Assembly: GCA_963830365.1 (NCBI GenBank)
Contig: CAWHMU010000020.1
Coordinates: forward strand, 1-57,017
Length of the DNA stretch: 57,017 nucleotides
Direction of reading: 5' to 3'
DNA from: an uncultured Chlamydiae bacterium
GTDB lineage: Bacteria; Chlamydiota; Chlamydiia; Chlamydiales; Parachlamydiaceae
The first letter of the stretch is position 1; every line of letters starts with the position of its first letter. The notes under the pieces are model-generated. The model searched no databases and was not told the origin of the DNA. It saw only the letters and a program-made list of their open reading frames with translations. The translations under genes and the position numbers were made by a program. This document shows positions 43,576 to 52,166 of this stretch, one piece after another.

Positions 43576-44538
43576 ATGGCTAGAAAACCCCGTCTTCACA
43601 CTCCAGGAGGCTTTTATCATGTGATGCTGCGCGGAAATAATGGCCAGCCAATTTTCTTTTCAGAAACAGACCGGTGCCGATTATCGCTGCTCATTCAGGA
43701 AGTTTGTGAACGCTTCAACTTTCGCATCCATGGCTTCTGCTTTATGAAGAATCATATCCATTTGATTCTCCAGGTGTCTGAAAACCATATTTCATTAGCC
43801 ATGCAAAATCTATCCTCACGCTATACACGGTACATCAACAGAAAGGAAAAGCGCATCGGCCATCTTTTTCAAGGACGATTCAAATCCATCCTGATAGAGG
43901 ATAGCGATTATTTGCTTCAGTTGATTCGTTATGTTCATCTTAATCCTGTGCGTGCCGGGATTGTCGCAAAGCCCGAATATTACCTTTGGAGTGGACATCG
44001 CGCATACCTAGGAGTAGAAACAATATTATGGCTAACGCAAGACTGGATACTAGCCAAGTTTGATGACTCTGAGTCTACTGCAAGGCAGTGTTATGAAAAA
44101 TATGTGAATGAAGAAAGTCTAGCTGAAATACCCTTAAATAAATCTAAGAGGGTATCGTATCAAGATCAAAGTCTTAGCAATGATAATTTCGTTGGACGCG
44201 TGCTTGCGGAAAATCATCAACTCTTACAAAATCCCGTGGTATGTTCTCTTGAGGATATTTTAGAAGTCGTTTGTCAGCAGCTTGGCAAACCTGTCGTTAT
44301 TGTCAAATCGCCGGGTAAGGAAAGAGTCGGCTCTAAGGCTAGGGCATTAGTGTCATATTTTATTAGACGGACGCCGCACCTTACTTTGAAAGAATTTGCG
44401 GATTTTTCGGGCAGAGATGTGAGTAGTTTAAGCAAGCTAGCAAGGGATATTGAAGTGCGAAATGAAACAGAAGAGGGGACTGCTTTGTTAATTTCAGAGC
44501 TAGCTATCAAGTTCAAGCATTGCGCCTTAGCGCCTTGA
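43576..44538 (+). CDS. REP-associated tyrosine transposase (RAYT; IS200/IS605-superfamily Y1 HUH) with C-terminal DnaA_C-like HTH
   Basis: MARKPR..YHVMLRGNN, NHIHL (HUH), HLFQGRFKS, RYVHLNPVRAG (Tyr); AAAGGA RBS. Confidence 0.9.
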   Translation: MARKPRLHTPGGFYHVMLRGNNGQPIFFSETDRCRLSLLIQEVCERFNFRIHGFCFMKNHIHLILQVSENHISLAMQNLSSRYTRYINRKEKRIGHLFQGRFKSILIEDSDYLLQLIRYVHLNPVRAGIVAKPEYYLWSGHRAYLGVETILWLTQDWILAKFDDSESTARQCYEKYVNEESLAEIPLNKSKRVSYQDQSLSNDNFVGRVLAENHQLLQNPVVCSLEDILEVVCQQLGKPVVIVKSPGKERVGSKARALVSYFIRRTPHLTLKEFADFSGRDVSSLSKLARDIEVRNETEEGTALLISELAIKFKHCALAP

Positions 44539-44637
44539 TAGATGTTTGAAGTGTTGTTCGGGTGTAAAGTTCCAGTCTCTCCTCATTCTGGCCATCGGAT
44601 AGGCGGACTAGCCTTTTTATCTACAGTACTTTAGGTG

Positions 44638-45462
44638 TCAAATCTCCAAATGCCAAGCCTGACCCTTTGTGTTGGCGCTGGCATTGATAGAGCCAATGGG
44701 ACGATAAAGGAGATTCCAGTAAAGGTGTGGTGTTTTCCCGTCACTATGGTATAGTGTTGTGGCTAATTCAGAAACTGGTTGAAAATATGTCGCAGTCTTC
44801 ATTCCAATAGGTTTGAAGAGGTTTTGTTCAACATATTCTTCAAAACTCTTCCCTGTTATCTTTTCCACGACATAAGCTGCAACAGCGGGTCCGGAATTAC
44901 AATAGGCCATGCGCGTACCAGGGCGCCAACGAGAGATTCTAGAGCTGTGATCATAATCAAGCGCATCGAAAGAAGACATTGTTGAGGGGTTCTTGGCAAA
45001 CTCGCGCAAATGCATGTCATCCCAGCCAGTAGTGTTTTCTAGTAAATGGACAATACGCACTGGATCGCTGGCTTCCCACTTATTGTCAAACCACACCTCC
45101 GGCGCTAATTTTTGCAAAGGATCTTCAAGTGAGAGCTTGCCTTCATTGACGAGCATAAGGACTGCGAGAGAAACAAATCCCTTAGATACCGATCCTATGC
45201 GGAATAGTGTTGTTGCAGTTGCAGCTCGATCATTGACTAAATCAGCTTTGCCTAGACCAGCTATCCACTCGGGAGTATCTCGATTCACAATCGCAATGGA
45301 CATGCCTGGTACATGCATACTCTCAAGTACATTTTCAAGTTGCGTTTGCAATTCTTCGATAGACTCAGCAGGCTTTTTATTTTCAGTGATGTTTTGGGAA
45401 GAGCATGAGATTTCAAGAAAAGCTAAAATAATTATTGAGATCATTGACCTTAGACTTATCAT
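44638..45462 (-). pseudogene. Beta-lactamase-family serine hydrolase (probable lipoprotein), C-terminally truncated at a REP end
   Basis: FRIGSVSK (SxxK), YCN; ends just after GSINASAN, and the last residues KGQAWHLEI are encoded by the REP. Confidence 0.8.
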
Positions 45463-45474
45463 ATTGAATATTTC

Positions 45475-46119
45475 TTATTTATCAGTTGAAGTGCTGAGTT
45501 TTTCGAGAATGAAATCAACCCTTTCTTTAACGGGTATTTTTGGGATAAGAACAGTCTCATAGCCGAAATTCTTATACTTTATAAGAAGCTCCTCGAACTC
45601 CTTTTTTGCAGATTCAAAATTATGCTTTCGCTCTGTATCACCTTTAAAAATCTCTTTCCAAGGAGGAACGAGGAATATTAGACGATTGTATCTAAAGTTT
45701 TTAGCTGCATGCTGAAAATATTCCGGCTGAGATGGGTCTAATTGAACGGCATCAATAATGCCTCGATCAAAAAAAATAAATTTTTGTGATTCTTTCTGAG
45801 AATTAAACTGAAATAAATAACGAGATAAAGCAAGTTCCAAAAATTTATTAAGATTTATCCAGGGTAAACCATTTCCGCCGATTGCTGTTTGTTCTTTTAC
45901 GATTTGGCGTCCTGGCTCAAGAACGACAGAATAGCCTCGATTTACAAGCTCAGATAAAAGAGTAGATTTCCCTCCACCCGAGCATCCAGAAATAACCACA
46001 TAATTGTTTTTGATAATTGGAAAACTAGTCTCGTTTAAATAATTATCCTCTAAATTTTCCGCAGAAATATTTGGATTCATAATCAAGCATCCTAATAAAA
46101 TTAATATAACTATTTTCAT
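45475..46119 (-). CDS. AAA_28-type P-loop ATPase/kinase
   Basis: VVISGCSGGGKSTL, EPGRQI, FFDRGIIDA, PPWKEIF..DTERK. Confidence 0.85.
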   Translation of the reverse strand: MKIVILILLGCLIMNPNISAENLEDNYLNETSFPIIKNNYVVISGCSGGGKSTLLSELVNRGYSVVLEPGRQIVKEQTAIGGNGLPWINLNKFLELALSRYLFQFNSQKESQKFIFFDRGIIDAVQLDPSQPEYFQHAAKNFRYNRLIFLVPPWKEIFKGDTERKHNFESAKKEFEELLIKYKNFGYETVLIPKIPVKERVDFILEKLSTSTDK

Positions 46120-46979
46120 CTAAACCTCTTTAGGTCTAAAACACTTGTAAAGAACCTCCTTAAATCACTCACAACTCTTTCTAAAGAGATAGGTTCATGC
46201 GAAATATCCCTTAAAAAGGCATTCCATTTATCTTTTTTGATTTGATTGTCATAGAAAGATTCTAAGAAAGCAACGGGAGTAGCTTCAGCAGAGGTACCAC
46301 GATTTTTGAGAACTTGTTGAATAATTCCCTTTAGCTCTTGAAGGTCAAAATCAAATTGTTGAATCAACAACCATATGTCATAAAAATCTTTCATACGCGT
46401 ATTAGCAAATCCTAAGCGAATGATAGATTCAAACTTTTCAGCTATGGATGTTTGAGGCGTATAGCCATTAAGTTCGGGTGCAGGAAAATCTAAAAGCGTC
46501 GGATATTTTACCTTTGCAGGATGAGGAAGAATGGTATCACTAAAGCCAAAGTCTATTCGCATGGGAAGCTTAGCTGTAAATAAATGTGCTGAAAACGCTG
46601 CACTGATTCCATGATACTCAGCTTCTAATTGTGCTTCCGCTAATTTTAATGTTTCTGAAGCAAATTTCAGACCATCAGGAATAACTTCTATGGCGCACAC
46701 TTCATTAATAATTTTCTGTAGATTTGCTATGGAATTAGAAGTCTTAGCGAGGAGATCAATGTCTACGGTGGCTCTATGGCTCATAGGATCCCAGACCATT
46801 AGCATCAAACCACCCTTTAGATAAAAATTACTCTGATGTGAAGAAACGCTTAAACGATACAAAAAGCGTTCCATCGCATAGTATTTCAAAACTTCTTGAA
46901 CGGGTCTCTTTCTCTGCCTTGCTACATTCTTTAAGCGGCTATAAATCGATTCCTCGAGGTTCTTTTTAGTTTTCTCCAT
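46116..46979 (-). CDS. abiEii: AbiEii/AbiGii nucleotidyltransferase toxin (type IV TA)
   Basis: YAMERFLYRL, LKGG, RATVDIDL, IAEKF, NTRMKDFYD. Confidence 0.92.
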   Translation of the reverse strand: MEKTKKNLEESIYSRLKNVARQRKRPVQEVLKYYAMERFLYRLSVSSHQSNFYLKGGLMLMVWDPMSHRATVDIDLLAKTSNSIANLQKIINEVCAIEVIPDGLKFASETLKLAEAQLEAEYHGISAAFSAHLFTAKLPMRIDFGFSDTILPHPAKVKYPTLLDFPAPELNGYTPQTSIAEKFESIIRLGFANTRMKDFYDIWLLIQQFDFDLQELKGIIQQVLKNRGTSAEATPVAFLESFYDNQIKKDKWNAFLRDISHEPISLERVVSDLRRFFTSVLDLKRFR

Positions 46980-46984
46980 TGCCG

Positions 46985-47596
46985 TTAGCTCACTATTGTT
47001 TCCATAATAGGTTGAAGGATTTTTTCAACGCGATTTATCTTTGCATACTCATATAATTTATCAATTTGCGTTCCTTTGCGTTGCCAGTACATTTTCAGTG
47101 CTTCAATGACAACATCCATACCGATTTTGTTACGGAATTTAATGCAATCGGCTAAAGTTTTTTCAATATTGAAAATTTTAACTGGATAACCTCCAATCAA
47201 TATAGTTTCAACACCAGCAGTATAAACCTTTTCTGAGTAATGAAAGTAGCGAATCGGTGGATAATCCAATCTTGATTGTCTTGATTTTGTTGGAATGGCG
47301 ATATAAACAAAGTGCGGAATCTGTGTCGTGATTTCGTGATAGGCCAAGGCTGAAATCAAGCATATGACGGCTTGAGGGATTTTCTTGGAGACAAGGACAA
47401 GATCGGGCTCAGAGAAATCAGGAACTTCAACTAATCTATAGACTCCTTTAGCTAACTGCTCTAACAATCCTTCCTCTCGCAACTGATAAATAATGCGAGG
47501 GTGTATACCCAAGCGCATAGCTTCGGCTGTCCGGAGCAAACCTTGGTTTTTCTTGAAGAGTTTAATGGCTTTTTGTTTTGCAGTCATGGATAACAA
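46985..47596 (-). CDS. abiEi: AbiEi antitoxin/transcriptional regulator (type IV TA)
   Basis: wHTH LEQLAKGVYRL, ICLISALAYHEITTQIP, EKTLADC.KFRNKIG. Confidence 0.92.
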   Translation of the reverse strand: MLSMTAKQKAIKLFKKNQGLLRTAEAMRLGIHPRIIYQLREEGLLEQLAKGVYRLVEVPDFSEPDLVLVSKKIPQAVICLISALAYHEITTQIPHFVYIAIPTKSRQSRLDYPPIRYFHYSEKVYTAGVETILIGGYPVKIFNIEKTLADCIKFRNKIGMDVVIEALKMYWQRKGTQIDKLYEYAKINRVEKILQPIMETIVS

Positions 47597-47825
47597 CGTC
47601 GGTAAATATCATCTTTTTACTACATTATTATCCATATGAGTTTTTTGGTCAATCTAAATTCCTCGCTGCCTCTCATGTAACAAGGTCCATTACGCAAATA
47701 TTACGCACTCGGCAGGAAAAGACTAGAACAAAATTACGCAGACCAGCACAATCAGTAGTTACTCAAACCATTGAATGTAGTGTGCCTATGTATTCTCATT
47801 TATGCTGGTTTGTGGAAGGTCAGGC

Positions 47826-47906
47826 GACTCATAACCCGCTGGTCCTTGGTTCAAGTCCAAGTTGCCCCATCCTTTTCCCTCCAAAGCTTCCTATGTCGGC
47901 CACATG
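47826..47906 (+). repeat. Duplicate of tRNA(CAT) 3' half plus trailer (att-like direct repeat)
   Basis: GACTCATAACCCGCTGGTCCTTGGTTCAAGTCCAAGTTGCCCCATCCTTTTCC matches 42754 onward. Confidence 0.95.
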
Positions 47907-48518
47907 AACCCATTCGGGCCCCACGAATTTATTTCCAATAGTGTGTTTTGCCAACGGCGTGTCTTTAAAATTCTTGTTGTCCAATTTTACTATAAATATT
48001 TTAGTTTAATCTTTAGAATCCGCAGCAGTCATCATTTAACCTGAAAATAGAAATCAAGCCTGAACCCATGCGGGCCCCACGAATTCATTTCCAATAGTGT
48101 GTTTTGCCAGCGGCGTGTCTTTCAAAACTCTTGTTGTCCAATTTTACTATAAATATTTTAGTTTAATCTTTAGAATCCGCAGCAGTCATCATTTAACCTG
48201 AAAATAGAAATCAAGAATGAGACTCGAGAATGGGGTCAGGCTGGTGATTTGTGATTTGGTTCCTGCCAAATCGCAAATCGCCAGCCTGAACCCATGCGGG
48301 CCCCACGAATTCATTTCCCATGGTGCATTTTGCCAACGGCGTGTCTTTCAAAACTCTTGTTGTCCAATTTCACTATAAATATTTTAGTTTAATTTTTAGA
48401 ATCCGCAAAAGTCGTCACGGCATCTGCGAATTGACTCCATATTGAGACTCGAGAATGGGGTCTGGCTTGTGATTTGTGATTTGGTTCCTGCCAAATCGCA
48501 AATCGCCAGCCTGAACCC
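47905..48518 (+). repeat. Second array of three units of the ~226-bp family (first unit lacks the hairpin)
   Basis: GAACCCAT.CGGGCCCCACGAATT at 47906, 48062, 48288; hairpins at 48232 and 48457. Confidence 0.9.
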
Positions 48519-48554
48519 ATGCGGGCCGCAAAAGTTTACTTAAAAGGAATGTTT

Positions 48555-49517
48555 ATGGCTAGAAAACCCCGTCTCCACGCTCCAGGAGGCTTTTATCACG
48601 TGATGCTGCGCGGAAATAACGGCCAGCCAATTTTCTTTTCAGAAACAGACCGGTGTCGATTATCGCTGCTCATTCAGGAAGTATGTGAACGCTTCAATTT
48701 TCGCATCCATGGCTTCTGCTTTATGAAGAATCATATCCATTTGATTCTCCAGGTGTCTGAAAATCATATTTCTTCTGCCATGCAAAATCTATCCTCACGC
48801 TATACGCGTTATATCAACAGAAAGGAAAAGCGCATCGGCCATCTTTTTCAAGGACGATTCAAATCCATCCTGATAGAGGATAGCGATTACTTGCTTCAGT
48901 TGATTCGTTATGTTCATCTAAACCCTGTGCGGGCGGGGATTGTCGCAAAGCCCGAGCATTACCCTTGGAGTGGGCATCGCGCGTACCTAGGAGCTGAAAC
49001 GATATTATGGCTAACGCAAGACTGGATACTAGCCAAGTTTGATGACTCAGAGTTTACTGCAAGGCGGTGTTACGAAAAATATGTGAATGAAGAAAGTCTA
49101 GCTGAAATACCCTTGAATAGATCTAAGAGGGTATCGCATCAAGATCAAAGTCTTAACAATGATGATTTCGTTGGACGCGTGCTTGCGGAAAATCATCAGC
49201 GCCTAGAGAATCCCGTGGTATGTTCTCTCGAGGATATTTTAGAAGTCGTTTGTCAGCAGCTTGACAAACCTGTCGTTATTGTTAAATCGCCGGGTAAGGA
49301 AAGAGTTAGCTCTAAGGCTAGGGCATTAGTGTCATATTTTATTAAGCGGATGCCGCACCTTACTTTGAAAGAATTTGCGGATTTTTCGGGTAGAGATGTG
49401 AGTAGTTTAAGCAAGCTAGCGAGGGATATGGAAGTGCGGAATGAAACAGAAGAGGGGACTGCTTTGTTAATTTCAGAGCTAGCGATCAAGCTCAAGCATT
49501 GCGCCTTAGCGCCTTAA
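48555..49517 (+). CDS. Second RAYT transposase, close paralog of 43576..44538
   Basis: Same length and motifs; roughly 20 amino-acid differences counted by eye. Confidence 0.9.
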   Translation: MARKPRLHAPGGFYHVMLRGNNGQPIFFSETDRCRLSLLIQEVCERFNFRIHGFCFMKNHIHLILQVSENHISSAMQNLSSRYTRYINRKEKRIGHLFQGRFKSILIEDSDYLLQLIRYVHLNPVRAGIVAKPEHYPWSGHRAYLGAETILWLTQDWILAKFDDSEFTARRCYEKYVNEESLAEIPLNRSKRVSHQDQSLNNDDFVGRVLAENHQRLENPVVCSLEDILEVVCQQLDKPVVIVKSPGKERVSSKARALVSYFIKRMPHLTLKEFADFSGRDVSSLSKLARDMEVRNETEEGTALLISELAIKLKHCALAP

Positions 49518-49911
49518 TAGATGTTTGAGGTGTTGTTCGGGTGTGAAATTCAAGTTTCTCCTCATTCGGGCCATCCCATCGAGTAGGCGATCCAGACTAT
49601 TTATCTACAGTACTTTAAGTGTCAAATCTCCAAATGCCAAGCCTGACCCCTTTTGCAAAAAAATGGCGAAGTTGTTGTGCTCCTTAGCGGGAATCCTGAT
49701 GATACAGGAGATGTGTTAAATCTTTTAGATTATTTATATAAAGAAACTTTGGATACTTTTTTAAAAATCTTTAAAAGTCCTTTAAAGAACAAATTTAAAG
49801 AATTCAAAAAAATCTGAAATGGCTCAAAGAACTATGTTTAGCTAATCTTCTTAAAAAAGTTATAAAAGGAATAATTCGTCGTGATAAAAAAACTATTGTT
49901 ACTTGTGTTTT

Positions 49912-50340
49912 TTAAGATATCTTGAGTGATGCATTAAAGCGAACCTCCTGGATTACGTCGGCTTCTCTGCTCCAATCTCCGGCTTGTCCCCATTTCACAA
50001 GTCTGCCATCACAGAAATAAAGCCAGTAAGAGTTTATTTCACCTTCAGAAAGCAGTATGGGTGCACATAGACCCAATGTGAGGGCCGTTAACGCTAGTTC
50101 ACCGCCAAACTGTCCACTAGTTTTTCCTTGGTCAACACGATACTCCCAGACTTCAATGATCTGACCATAGTTATTTTTGATTGAACCACGAACTACAGAT
50201 GGAGAACCTAGTTTGTTCAAGACTTGAGACTTATCCATGTCTACAGATACTGTTATAAGCTTATCTGAATTTATGCTTCGAACGCATCCAAATGAAAATG
50301 AAAGAAGTATGCAGGTAAGAAGTAATGTTGTGAGTTTCAT
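49912..50340 (-). CDS. Putative lipoprotein (SmpA/OmlA-like fold)
   Basis: Lipobox-like FSFGC; MDKSQVLNKLGSP...EVWEY...YFCDGRLVKWG. Confidence 0.65.
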   Translation of the reverse strand: MKLTTLLLTCILLSFSFGCVRSINSDKLITVSVDMDKSQVLNKLGSPSVVRGSIKNNYGQIIEVWEYRVDQGKTSGQFGGELALTALTLGLCAPILLSEGEINSYWLYFCDGRLVKWGQAGDWSREADVIQEVRFNASLKIS

Positions 50341-50460
50341 TGCACCCCCCCCAATTATTATAGAAAACTGTCAATAAGTGTAGTAGATTAAGTATTTAAA
50401 CACAAGATAGATAGAATATTTGAAGGATGGAGTGTTCCTAAGCTAGATCCAATAAAGGCA

Positions 50461-50606
50461 AGAAAAAGGGGCAGGCTTGGCATTTGAGAAAAGGGGTCAA
50501 AAAGGGGTCAAAAAAGGGGTCAGGCTTGGCATTTGGAGATTTTACGCTTAAACACTTTGCTATCAATATTCTAAGTGCCAAATCCCCAAATGCCAAGCCT
50601 GACCCC
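50461..50606. repeat. Complete GGGGTC REP doublet (50517-50606) preceded by stuttered partial ends
   Basis: GGGGTCAGGCTTGGCATTTGG.GATTT...AAATCCCCAAATGCCAAGCCTGACCCC; upstream AAAAGGGGTC x3. Confidence 0.9.
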
Positions 50607-50843
50607 TTGTGCTAGGAGAACTCCAGAATCTACAAGGGGGCGTAAATTCTTCAACTCAACAAAAGGCTTTTGGAATCCTTTGCCATCGCTATCGCCTTCC
50701 AATCGTTTAAGACGCTTTTTCCAGCCGGACAGAGTGTTCATGGGAATTTGTTGTTCTTGGCACCAAACGCACGCGCTTTTTCCGCTGTCTCTCCATTCGT
50801 GGACTAATTTTTTCCAGTTGGGATTCGGTTTTCCTTTGGTCAT
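50571..50843 (-). pseudogene. IS66-family accessory TnpA-like fragment truncated at the REP
   Basis: WKKLVHEWRDSGKSACVWCQEQQI...LSGWKKRL..FVEL; upstream ATTGACGCTTAC (reverse complement GTAAGCGTC) resembles an IS66 terminus at ~50922. Confidence 0.7.
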
Positions 50844-50934
50844 ATCTCTCCTTAAAATGAAATCTAAGGGAAGATTACCAGTTTGGTTGAATTGTAAAAA
50901 GATGGCTAAAATTGACGCTTACAATTCTTTCGCT

Positions 50935-51159
50935 CTACCCATAAAAAATCTGGTACGGTTGACTTGAAAAATCGACTTCATCGGCCATCCGCATCCCATT
51001 ATCAGGGAGGAAGAGCACTACTTCAGCATCAATTTCAAGTCTTGAAAGATCAAAACCTGAAGAGGCATCGTAGATGACTCTAGCAATTCGTCTTTTAGTA
51101 GATTTGGCATAAAAAAAACTCTCTAATTTTTCTAAACGCTTTTTTTGAGATGCTTTCAT
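50935..51159 (-). CDS. Small hypothetical protein translationally coupled to the DUF5681 gene
   Basis: ATGA overlap at 51156-51159. Confidence 0.55.
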   Translation of the reverse strand: MKASQKKRLEKLESFFYAKSTKRRIARVIYDASSGFDLSRLEIDAEVVLFLPDNGMRMADEVDFSSQPYQIFYG

Positions 51160-51608
51160 TTTAGGTTTCCTATCTGGACAAAAGACTCAAGAGTTTGTAG
51201 CCTGCATTCGTGCTGATTTGCTTCAAGGATTTTTGAGTGTAAATCTATTGTTCTAGACAGCGCCTCACCTTCGGATGGCGAAATTTCGCCTTTGCAGATG
51301 GCTGATATAATTAACATCGATGCAGATAAAACATCTTCATATGTTTTAATTTCAGGGAGATTCAGCCGGATTAAGCGGTCTTTACGAGGAGGCAAAAATC
51401 TTTCCAAAACCATTTTTGCAGCTTGCATGTTGCCATTTATAGCTTCTTCTTCGATTCGTCTACAGATTCTATCTAATGACCCTTCAAGCAGTTTTTCTGC
51501 AGCTAAAGTCGATTTATTCCTCGCGCCTTTGGGTTTACCTCTAGGATTTCCGGATTGTCCTCTTTTGAATTTGTTACTTCCCTGTATTTTTCCTGTATTT
51601 TCAGGCAT
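51156..51608 (-). CDS. DUF5681-domain protein (phage/island-associated)
   Basis: FKRGQSGNPRGKPKGARNK signature. Confidence 0.8.
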   Translation of the reverse strand: MPENTGKIQGSNKFKRGQSGNPRGKPKGARNKSTLAAEKLLEGSLDRICRRIEEEAINGNMQAAKMVLERFLPPRKDRLIRLNLPEIKTYEDVLSASMLIISAICKGEISPSEGEALSRTIDLHSKILEANQHECRLQTLESFVQIGNLK

Positions 51609-51775
51609 TGCATTCTCACGGTATTGAAGATCAATATTAAGTCTTTATTCTAGCAGATTTTTTAATCATGTGAATAGGAAAAGCGATTTCACATTTACAG
51701 GTATATAGCTAAATTTATTATTATCTAATGGTCAATAAATAGGCTTTATTTTTCCTCATCTAAAAAATGAAAAAC

Positions 51776-51804
51776 TTGCGTGGATATAGCAAGTGCTATA
51801 TCCT
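51776..51804 (+). promoter_or_regulatory. Promoter with overlapping palindromic operator upstream of the XRE gene
   Basis: TTGCGT-N17-TATCCT; GGATATAGCA-AG-TGCTATATCC at 51782-51803. Confidence 0.65.
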
Positions 51805-51837
51805 ATTCACATATCACACATAACCTACTGAATTGGA

Positions 51838-52062
51838 GTGACTATGAACCACGAGCAGGACTGTCGACCAGAACAGATAAAAGAAATACGAAAGAGGCTT
51901 AACTTAAGCCAAGAAGAGTTTGCCAAAAAACTTGGAGTTAGTTTTACCAGCGTTAACCGCTGGGAAAATGGTCAAACTAAACCCTCCAAGCTGGCTCGAC
52001 GACAAATTTTGAATCTTTTTGAACAACTAAACGAATATGAAAAATTAGTAAACAGTGTATAA
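51838..52062 (+). CDS. XRE-family HTH regulator
   Basis: IKEIRKRLNLSQEEFAKKLGVSFTSVNRWENGQTKPS. Confidence 0.9.
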   Translation: MTMNHEQDCRPEQIKEIRKRLNLSQEEFAKKLGVSFTSVNRWENGQTKPSKLARRQILNLFEQLNEYEKLVNSV

Positions 52063-52166
52063 CAAGTTTTTTATGAATTATTTAAAATAAAAGCAAATCA
52101 TAACAATTCACTTAAACTTATTATTGAAGTTAACTGAATTAACTGCCAGAGAGAAGAAAGTCTTTT

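Larger units (their letters stand above)
42798..47825. mobile_element. Genomic island module 1, bounded by tRNA(CAT) and a duplicate of its 3' half
   Basis: Direct repeat 42754-42834 / 47826-47906; AT-rich; transposase and TA cargo. Confidence 0.85.

Noticed and set aside
43576..44665. IS200/IS605 element with TnpB or omega-RNA
   Set aside because: No TnpB/IscB ORF follows either transposase; motifs and length fit RAYT.
47826..47869. Second functional tRNA(CAT)
   Set aside because: Lacks the 5' acceptor strand and D-arm; it is an att-like fragment.
42754..49650. Assembly-generated duplication of the RAYT region
   Set aside because: The copies differ by many substitutions, including synonymous ones, keep intact frames and have different array structures.
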